Below, in pieces: positions 53,618 through 64,000 of a stretch of 64,000 nt of DNA (the stretch's first letter is position 1; every line of letters starts with the position of its first letter). The DNA is taken from the NCBI GenBank assembly GCA_951406725.2, contig OX597819.1, positions 83,638,001 to 83,702,000 of the forward strand. Reading direction: 5' to 3'. A program made the translations under genes and the position numbers. The notes beneath the pieces were generated by a model that worked only from the letters and a program-made list of their open reading frames with translations, was not told where the DNA came from and did not search any database. This DNA is from Octopus vulgaris. Its lineage: Eukaryota.

Positions 53618-54744
53618 GAAATGCTGAATCCAAAAATGGAATCTGTTTTTTGCCATTACGTCAAGGTTTCAAGATACCCAACCCCGCAAGTTTTTCAATT
53701 TTCCTTATTTTCCAGAAAAATACATTGTTTACCTGTGAAATTTAGTACGAGTGTTCATTACGATTTATATCTTATTTTATTAAGAGTCGGGGAAAAATAT
53801 TGGGGGACCAAAGAATGGCAGCAGCGAACATTAATTCCAGAGTTTTTTTGGTGTGGTTCAAGAACCTTTAGTTCAACTGGAAAAAAAAATCATCGTACCT
53901 CTATTCCATATTGAACTTGGCATAATAAAGCAGCAGCTAAAGCAATGAATAAAGATGGACCATGCTTTCACTATATTTGCAGCATATTTCTCAGTCTGAG
54001 CTGGGTAAAGAGTACCTGGAGTATTTGACGAGCCAGAAAATTGATGAAAAACATGGGAACTTTGTAAATTCAATGAATTGCATAGAATTAATTTGTAACA
54101 GTAAATTACTTTTTAGGCAACAAGAAAGCAGCCAACAAAGCCGAAATAGTCGACAATAAGGCGGAGAGCTTTCAAAAGTTGGAAGCAAATATGAGCAGAT
54201 AGCCGCTCTATCTCCAGAGTCACCTTGATAAATTCCCTGAAAATCTTGATGACACAAGTGACGAGCAAGGAGAACGATTCCATCGGGACAGAAATCAATA
54301 GAACAAAAGTATCAAGACAAATAGAACTTACATTTGATGGTGGATTATTGCTGGAACTTGGCTCGTGATCTTCCGGGGGTTCAGCACTCAAGAAAATCAT
54401 CCAAACGTAAATTCATGGGAAATTATGCATAAACAATAATGTAATCTGTCTGTAAAAATTTGAAGATTTTTACTAGTTTTTCAGTAGCATTTTAAGAAAA
54501 CGATTTGATTTTGAAGTAAAATCAATTTCTGTTTGCATGTTATATCTTATTCTCATAAGCTGTTTTGCTGGGAACCCCACCTCCGCCCCCCCCCCCCCAA
54601 CGATGAAATTTTATGAATCCAATATCATAAAATCGTGACGTGATGGTAATAAAAGGATGTCATTTTTGGATTCTGTGTGTCAAAAACCCCCTAGTTCAGA
54701 TCCAAATTTTTTGAGAAGAAAAAAAAAAATTTTGTTGGCCTATG
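53618..54744 (+). mobile_element. Chapaev3-like (CMC group) DNA transposon, internally deleted; transposase remnant ~53790-54432
   Basis: KIIVPLFHIELGIIKQ, FLGNKKAAN, SHLDKFPENLDDTSDEQGERFHRD, LMVDYCWNLARD; subterminal inverted repeats 53619-53670 vs 54631-54680; right end AAAATTTTGTTGGCCTATG. Superfamily assigned from remembered motifs. Confidence 0.8.
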
Positions 54745-54755
54745 TATGTATGCGT

Positions 54756-55005
54756 GGAGGCGCGTGGCTTAGTGGTTAGAGTGTCAGCATCATGATCGTA
54801 AGATAGTGGTTTCGATTCCTGAACCGGGCGACGCGTTGTGTTCTTGAGCAAAGCACTTCATTTCACGTTGCTCCAGTCCACTCAGCTGGCAAAAATGAGT
54901 AACACTGCGATGGACTGGCGTCCTGCTGGGGAACACATACGCCATAGAAACTGGGAAACCGGGCCCATGAGCCTGGCTAGGCTTTAAAAGGGCGCATTTA
55001 TTTTA
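54756..55005 (+). mobile_element. SINE family C, full length (V-SINE-like)
   Basis: TGGCTTAGTGG A-box, GTTTCGATTCC B-box, GTGTTCTTGAGCAAAGCACTT, GCGATGGACTGGCGTCC; TATGTATGTA on both flanks. Confidence 0.82.
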
Positions 55006-55099
55006 TTTTATGTATGTAGGCATGTATGTATGTATGTATGTATGTATGTATGTATGTATGTATGTATGTATGTATGTATGTATGTATGTATGTATGTCA

Positions 55100-55500
55100 G
55101 GTCGCTCTTGGGCGCTGCTGGTAACATGTAACCCAGTACAACCTGTTGCACGGTCGGGTCGTCGGCGACTAACCTGGCAGTCCCATTAAGCTTGCTTGGT
55201 GAAGAAGGTGATTGTTGGACAACCTGCAGGACGAAAAATAAGAGCTGTCAAAGGGCGGAAAAGCTCATGAGCAGTCAACAGCCATCCAACATGTGTATAT
55301 GCACGTGTGTATGTGCGGGGACGTGGAATTACCTGGGTTGGTGTCCAGGCGCGCGGTTGGCCCACTGGAAGTGAGAAGCCCCTCTGAGAGGGGAAAACTC
55401 TGAGAGAAAACCTGCGACACTGACAATATTCGATGATATAGACTAGTTCTTCTTTTCGAATTTATGTTGTCCCTGTTCAGAGAGTGGGATTGGATCTATG
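55100..55500 (+). mobile_element. RTE-5'UTR-like repeat with a candidate HDV-like ribozyme at its 5' end
   Basis: Homologous to 30798-31300; CCAG...GG-G-TCG-tcgg-CGA-CTAA-c-CTGG arrangement at 55133-55177. Confidence 0.55.
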
Positions 55501-55530
55501 TGCATATATATGTCTGTGTTTGTGTGGTAT

Positions 55531-55571
<41 letters not shown>

Positions 55572-55599
55572 CATATATACGCAAAAGATCGTTGGGTGT

Positions 55600-55935
55600 T
55601 TCACATGAATGGTGACGAGCCTTCTCTTTCTCATCTGCTGTCTTTGACGTCCCATGTATTTTCTGTCCCACTAAAAGAGTTTGCATCTAAGAATGCATAT
55701 ATTTTTCCACTTCCTTTTTATCTTTGCTCTTTATTTTTCGCGACAGTCGCCAACATCTTTGGTTGGATGTGGAAGAGTGTGAGGTCTCGCTTTAGGATGT
55801 CTTCGAACCTCAGTTGTAGTGTTCGATGGTGATGTTTTCCTGTAGCTAATTCAGAATAAAGGATAGTCTTCAACCGTCGTTCATGGACAATCTAGCACAG
55901 CTGATACTTGATGAATATCGCCTCGATCCTTGTCC
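55600..55935 (-). pseudogene. RTE-clade ORF C-terminal remnant
   Basis: IEAIFIKYQLC*IVH..RLKTILYSELATGK....QLRFEDILKRDL (~QLRW.GH...RLPK.ILYGEL..G.R....LRFKD.LKRDL). Confidence 0.7.
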
Positions 55936-56758
55936 TTTCTGTTTATTCTAGATATCGGTATTTTTTGTTAGTAACTAAAAATCACACACATACACATGAA
56001 AAACCTATGTTGAAAATTGTCTGTGTGAAAAATCTAATAACAATGAAAGGGAAAATAACCTGTAGTAATACCGTACCTTTAAAAGTGGTTGTTACAATAT
56101 CGTAACGAAATAGAAGGGCAAAATTGCGAAGTAAAATGTTTGAACAACGTTTGCAGTAAGCAAGTGATTTGGAACATTCATTTAATCCTTTGCTATCTTG
56201 AAATAATATCAGTAATTTGGACGTTTGCGCGAAAACTAATCTCTACAAAAAGAATCGCAAGACCGATGGTCGACCATTGGCGTTTAAACTTTACGGATCC
56301 TAATTAATTAATAAATCATGTGTTTCGAGAGGCTTGTGGCAAGTTACTTAAAGCACTTTTGAAAGACATTTACCGTGAAAGGGTGAAGCTACCAAGAATA
56401 ATATGTAGACAGGCATAACTACACACAGAGATACATACAATCGTCCGGAAACATTTAAAAATATTTTTCATGCATATTTATATACCTTCTCATACCTAAA
56501 ACAGTGTTTTCGACGAATAATTCCATTCCTTTTGTCTCGCCAAATGCCAAATTTTTCCCTGTTTTGGAAACAACAGAGGAAATACCCTTTGATAGTTTAT
56601 GTCAATATTTTACTGTACTCTCGTTATATATCAAAGTACATGTCTAGTGTCTTTTTGCTTTTTTCTGTGTTTTTTTTTTTTATAATAGTCTGAAGATTGA
56701 CATCGAGAAACGGAGAGTAATAATTTTGAAGCTTCAGCTTCCAATAAATTAGATAGAA

Positions 56759-56848
<90 letters not shown>

Positions 56849-56882
56849 GAGTGCGCATGTGTGCGCGTACACGCGTACACGC

Positions 56883-56950
<68 letters not shown>

Positions 56951-57007
56951 AGAGAAAGAAAGAAAGAGACAGATAGATAGTTAGATAGAGAGAGGGAGAG
57001 AGGGAGA

Positions 57008-57041
<34 letters not shown>

Positions 57042-57240
57042 TAAATAAATATATAAGAAAGAGAGAGAGAGACTGAGACAGACTGACAGATTGACAGACA
57101 GATCGACAGAGAGAGATGGGTGGATAGATAAATAGATAGATATCCATGCATACATATATACATACATGCGTGCATGCATGCATATTTACTTACAATCATG
57201 CAGAAAAGGAGAGAGAGAGAAAGAGAGAGAAAGAGAGAGG

Positions 57241-57275
<35 letters not shown>

Positions 57276-57520
57276 CTATGTAGTGGTGAAACACGCTAAG
57301 GTAAATTGATAATAAAACACTGAAGCGAGATTGGATAGGGGTTAGTTACTGGATACAATATATCCTGGAGCTGTTAGATAAAAAAAAATATAAATAAGGT
57401 TAATTAGCAGAAATTATTTTGTGCAACTGTTGTGTGTCCAATCTCACCCCCTTCAGTGAAACACCTCAACCCCCTTCAGTAAAACAAGTGGATATCGTAC
57501 CCCACGTTTGCAGCAGACTC

Positions 57521-57541
57521 TGACGTCAGTACATGACGTCA
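57521..57541. promoter_or_regulatory. Pair of perfect CRE palindromes (TGACGTCA x2)
   Basis: TGACGTCA at 57521-57528 and 57534-57541 in non-repeat-looking sequence; function not shown. Confidence 0.4.
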
Positions 57542-57867
57542 TTGCAGTGACAGACGTAACTAGCGTTGTAAAGCAAATGTAACTGTGCTTGACTATGTAT
57601 GCATGAGTGTGTGTATGTGTGCGTGCGTATACGTGCGTGTGTGATTGAGTCTATTCTGTAAGTATGTGTCTGTGCGTGTGCGTTTGTGTAAAAGTGTTCT
57701 CCTGTGCATCTGTGTATCTGCATGAATCTGAGAGAAAAATGTGTTGCATGAGAGCAGAAACGAATCCATATATTGACATTAACTTATAAGGAATTAAATT
57801 ATAAGGAATCATAATATGTAATTAAATTTCATGGAATTTAAAGAAATATACATACACAGCAGATTAT

Positions 57868-57917
<50 letters not shown>

Positions 57918-58183
57918 CAGAAAATGGAGAAATACACCTTAATCAATAATCTGAGGAATCACAACCCCTATCTCAATTTGTATATATATATATATATACA
58001 TGTATATATATATATGTATATATATATGCATACACACACACACATGTATATATGAATGTATGTATACAAAGTAATCTTGTATGTATATATATATAAATCT
58101 TTTTATCTATTTACTTATCCATTTATTTTGTGCGTACATGTGTATTTGTGTGTATTTATCTATATATATCTTTATATATGTGT

Positions 58184-58216
<33 letters not shown>

Positions 58217-58789
58217 CACATACATATACAGAAAGAGAGAGACAGACAGAGACAGAGACAGATAGACAGACAGACAGACAGACAGACATATGCATGTGTG
58301 TGTGTGTGCGCGCGTTCTTGTTAGATTTCCATGTGCGTGGACCACCAAGCTACAAGGTCTTGACTTCCTTATCCGCGCTGCAGGCGTTTCGTTGCGTATT
58401 TGAGCAATGCGCCTGAGCTCATCTAACCGTCACGCATAGGTAGGTAGCAGATCGCCTAGGAAATATTTCCCTCGGATAGTGCGGCATCCTATCCAGTAAA
58501 GTAGTGGGAGAGATGGAAGCGTGTGTGTGTGGTGGTGGTGGGGAGTGATGGGGGGTTGGAGATCTGTGTCTTATCCGCTTCGTTCCTAGAAACTATAGAG
58601 TTAAATAAAACTAGCCCGTAAAATCCATCCCAAGTTTGAGATTTAACTATACATGCACATATAATTATACCACTCGTGCTCGCGCGCTCGCACACGCAAA
58701 CACACACACGCAACACAAATGTGTGCACACTTGCGTACACGCATACAAATACACACACACATAGTAACATTTTGTGGTTTGTTCTCCCT

Positions 58790-58826
<37 letters not shown>

Positions 58827-59050
58827 ACACACAACACGCATACATGCACACATGCATATATGCACACCACGTACACAAAGGACCTGATATTACCCCCTCT
58901 CTCTTTCTCTCTCTCTTTTTCTATCTCTCTCTTTCTTCTCTGTGTTTCTCTCTCTCTCTCTCTCTCTGACTTTTTCTATTCCTGAGCTTTATACTAATAC
59001 ATCTGTTTTGTACACCACCTGTCTTCATCTTTTGTTTTTTCGTAAACTCT

Positions 59051-59114
<64 letters not shown>

Positions 59115-59576
59115 GTCTGTCTTTCTCCCTCTCTCGCCCTAACTCACTCTCCCTCTCCCGATAATGTTTATAATTTATCTACTAAAGATGCTTCATGTAT
59201 GTATACAAAAGTCTATTATAAACTCCTTGTGCAATTTCAAATTTAGTTCTGTATAAAGCAGAATTAATCTGTGGAAAGGATAAATAAACAACATTCTAAT
59301 ATTTTTAAATAAGTTTTTTCTTTTTCTCTTAAGATTGTAAAATTTCAACAGGCCACCGCCATGCATATATTCAAACCTTAATGCAATTTTGAAGTTCTAT
59401 GAATATCGTTTAATAAATGATTATCATCAGTAATCGAATTATATTAGCTATCTTAGTTATCTACAGCAAGGAACTCAACCAAAGAACCGCATAAAAAAGA
59501 ATAAATTTTAAAAATTTTCTGCTATTTTATTGACTATTGTAGCTTGCAGGGTGTTTTTCCATTATATATGTATTAT

Positions 59577-59785
59577 AAGGCAGAATCATTAGCACGCCGG
59601 ACAAAATGCTTAGAGGGATTTCTTCCGGCTCTATACGTTTTGTGTTCAGATTCCGCCGAGGTCGACTTTCATCCTTTCGGGGGTCAATGAAATAAGTACA
59701 AGTATGAGCACTGGGTGGGGGGGAGGGTTGATCTAATCGACTTACACCTACTTCTCCAAACTTTCAAGCTTTCTACCCGTATCAG
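59577..59785 (+). mobile_element. SINE family B (B1), diverged
   Basis: GGCAGAATCATTAGCACGCCGG head and core match. Confidence 0.75.
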
Positions 59786-60179
59786 AATGAATTATATATA
59801 TACACAATAGTGTACATTTAAACACAAGAAAAAACTACCCTTTAACAGGTGATTTTGCACGCTAGAAGAAGCAGTCAAAACCACCAAAAGCACATTTAAG
59901 AGCAATTTCGAAGGGAATGAAAAATAAAAACTTTTACCCTGTTATTTTTTACGGTTATACCTAGTTTTCAAATTATCTTACCTTGACAACCTTTGTTGGT
60001 GTGTTTACGTCCCCGTAACTTGGCGGTTCGGCAAAAGAGACCTATAGAATAAGTACTAGGCTTACTAAAAATAAGTCTTGGGGTTGATTTGTTCGACTTG
60101 AGGCGGTGCTCCAGTATGGCCGCAATCAAATGATTGAAACAAATAAAAGAAAAGAATAAAAAAATACCGTATATATGCT

Positions 60180-60476
60180 GAGACCCACTTCGGTCACGAC
60201 ACTGACCATGGGATTGCACCTAGAAAGTTACCCTCCCAGACACAAGTCCCATGCTTACCGGCCTCCCCGCTCCACGCCACCAGTGTTATCCTAGGGAAAG
60301 GCAAAGGCTGATACAGCTTGGCACCTGTGACGTCGCAACTCATTTCTACAGCTGAGTGAACTGGAGCAAAGTGAAATAGAGTGTCTTGCTCAAGAACACA
60401 ACATACAGCCCGATCAGGAATTCGAACTCACAACCTCACGCTCGACCCTCAAACCACTGAACCATGCACCTTCACT
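60180..60476 (-). mobile_element. SINE family C variant with a different 3' half
   Basis: Reverse complement GTGAAGGTGCATGGTTCAGTGGTT...GAGTTCGAATTCC...GTGTTCTTGAGCAAGACACT...CACTCAGCTGTAGAAATGAGT. Confidence 0.78.
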
Positions 60477-60479
60477 ACC

Positions 60480-60550
<71 letters not shown>

Positions 60551-60682
60551 ACGGACATTTTCTGTCCGCCAAATCCGCTCACAACGCTTTGGTCGGCCCC
60601 TAAACCATGTGGTTGCGAAGCATGCTTCTTGCTGCATAACCACACCTGCGCATGTGATACGTATATGTGTATGTATGTATAT

Positions 60683-60719
<37 letters not shown>

Positions 60720-60728
60720 CCTTTTTTT

Positions 60729-61257
<529 letters not shown>

Positions 61258-61268
61258 CATATATATCA

Positions 61269-61426
61269 CAGGCGTGGCTGTGTAGTAGGAAGCTTGCTCC
61301 CCAACCACATGGTTCCGGGTATAGTCCCACTGCGTGCCACCTTGGACAGGTGTCTTCTACTATAGCCTCGGACCAACCAAAGCCTTGTGAGTGGATTTGG
61401 TAGACGGAAACTGAAAGAAGCTTGTC

Positions 61427-61469
<43 letters not shown>

Positions 61470-61700
61470 GGTGGGTGTATGTATGTATGTACGTATGTGT
61501 GTTTGTGTGTCTGTGTTTGTCCACCACCATCGCTTGTCAACCGATGTTGGTGTGTTTACGTCCTCAAATTTAGCTGTTCGGAAAAAGAGACCGATAGAAT
61601 AAGTACTAGGCTTACAAAGAATTAGTCCTGGGGTGGATTTGTTCGACTAAAGGCAGTGCTCCAGCATGGCTGCAATTAAATGACTGAAACAAATAAAAGT
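61269..61700 (+). mobile_element. SINE family A, head-to-head with the previous copy across (TA)n
   Basis: Full-length match. Confidence 0.88.
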
Positions 61701-61793
61701 ATATATATACACACACATATATGTGTGTGTGTGTATGTATGTGTGTATACTCTCCCCAGACACAACAATATATATATATGTATGTATGTATCT

Positions 61794-61859
<66 letters not shown>

Positions 61860-63204
61860 GCATTATACATATAATAATTAAATTATATATTATGCGCTTT
61901 ATTGTATTTTTTATGCACGTGATCCCGGTCCGTGGTGCCCAGAACGTTGAGGAGCGCTGATCTTAAGAATGAGATTTAGTCGAACAAACAGCAAGTCTTT
62001 GTTTACATGACTCCATGAAATAAAGTTGAAGTAATCATTAATAAGTTTTGTTATTTATTAATAAACATTTTTAGCCAATGAGCTGATTGACAATTATAAA
62101 ATAAATGCATCGAACTTGTAAAACATTTGTTATATACATTTTATTATATCATATACAGAAACCAAATTATTAATATTTTACATTCAAAATTACGCCAAGA
62201 CTCTATAGTGGACACTATACGTTCGTTCGTCCGTGAGTGAGAATGATCTTTTTCTACCTAGGACACTGGTAAGGAATCTAATCAGGAAAAGCGCTTGAAA
62301 GTTTCTTTCGGGTACCCGTTCACTTCAGTCAGTGATTCATCTAATATATGCGAACGTTTTCCCTGTGATCCAAGGAAATTCCCAGCTGCGTGAATATGTA
62401 TACCTTGTATCCCCTCTCCTCTCCCCTAATACGTCTTGCATCTATCGTGTTGCTGCTGTGTGGAATTGCTCTTTTTACCTACACGCACTCCGGTGCGTGT
62501 GTGAATATTTTAATAGATACATATTTGTTCTCTCCCTCATTCTCTCTCTCTCTTTCTCTTTTTCTCTATCACTTCTCTGTCACGCTGTCTCTCTGTCTCT
62601 CTCTCTGTCTCTGTCTCTCTCTCTCTCCCAGTGTTTATCTCTCTCTCTCTCACACACACACTCTCCTACTCTCTTTCGCAAATTCATATTTATGTATCCA
62701 TTTGTTGATGTCTGATGCCTGGTTATACCTACGGGTATGAATGTATGTGTGTTTATGTTAATCTGGGTGTTCTTTCTTAGATTATCTACACGGTCGATTA
62801 GCCCGCTATAAGAAGCAGGTAAATCATTCAAAAACTCAACCGTCTTTAAAAAAAAAGGGGGGGTGGGATACATTGGTTAATGCACTCCGGGTAATAATAA
62901 ACGCGGGACTGACAGTGCAAAACAAAGCCAGAACAGCATGCTTTAAAAAACACCCCATAAAGTCTTATACATTTGTTCGTTACCGGGTGCGATTCTGTTG
63001 ATGTGTATACACACACACACACACACATACACACACACATCGTTCTCTTTTACCTTTATTTGGTTCAGTCATTAGACTGCGGCCATGCTGGAATACCGCC
63101 ATGAAGAATTTTTTTAATCTCGAATAAATTGACCCCAGAACTTATTTTTACACACACAAACACACATACTTGATACACACACACGCGTATATATATAGAT
63201 AGAC

Positions 63205-63301
<97 letters not shown>

Positions 63302-63689
63302 TAGAGAGAGGACATTTAAATTTTCTTCCTTCTTTCATATAAGTTTAAATGCTACATGCAAATAATGACTAGATCAAATGATTTTGAATGTATTTAAAAA
63401 TCTATTTTATAGACGGGTCCAAATCTGTAGGTTTCGATCATTAAAACCTCATATGCAACCTATATACCTATTCTCTTACACTTAGAGAGTACTTTGAAGG
63501 AGAATTATAATATATGCATATATGTATGTATGTATGTATGCATGTATGTATGTATGTATATAGATGTATGTTTACATGTATATTAATGTATAATATCATT
63601 GCTATTGTGTAGTGGTTTAATAAAGTATTGATTGGGTATTATCTGATAGTTGATGATTGATTTAGATATATTTCTCCATTTTCTCATTT

Positions 63690-63732
<43 letters not shown>

Positions 63733-63744
63733 TATACGCTCGTG

Positions 63745-63957
63745 TGTCTGTGTTTGTTCCCACCTCCCCACAACATCGTTTGACAACCGATGCTGGTTTG
63801 TTTACGTCCCCTTAACTTAGCGGTTCGGCAAAAGAGACCGATAGAATAAGTACTAGGATTACAAAGAATAAATCCTGGAGTCGATTTGTTCGACTAAAAC
63901 CCTTCGAGGCGGCGCTCCAGCATGGCCGCAGTCAAATGACTGAAACAAGTAAAAGAA
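63745..63957 (+). mobile_element. SINE family A 3' half
   Basis: Match from TGTCTGTGTTTGT to GAAACAAGTAAAAGAA; a similar 3' half lies at ~59983-60160. Confidence 0.85.
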
Positions 63958-64000
63958 TATTAACATTAAATACACGCAATCTTGTCTCGGTAAATAACCT

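Noticed and set aside
58381-58415. Hairpin CAGGCG...CGCCTG as a miRNA precursor
   Set aside because: Stem too short and bulged.

Overview
Repeat-saturated, AT-rich animal DNA with no recognisable host protein-coding exon. Nearly all long ORFs in the track are microsatellite translations. The SINE sequences and microsatellite load resemble an octopus (coleoid cephalopod) genome; this is inferred from remembered repeats, not a search. DNA transposons: two near-complete DD34D mariners in opposite orientation, a Chapaev3-like remnant, several hAT- and piggyBac-type MITEs, and a long-TIR fold-back element with an 8-bp TSD. Retrotransposon remnants: R4/Dong (RLE), L1/Tx1 (zinc-knuckle ORF1 plus the start of ORF2), RTE, CR1-like and Penelope-like. 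At least four tRNA-headed SINE families are present. Highlights: (1) a tRNA-Arg-like SINE whose 3' half is a Penelope-type minimal hammerhead module, inserted as a head-to-head inverted dimer inside one 10-bp TSD (38528-39178); (2) a SINE subfamily with a LINE-like tail that repeatedly inserts at G(G/C)TAT, a motif in its own head, building self-nested arrays; (3) R4/Dong-like elements stacked in one orientation in (CATA)n; (4) about ten intact or decayed hammerhead motifs and one HDV-like ribozyme candidate. All family assignments come from motifs read by eye, and boundaries of degenerate elements are approximate.
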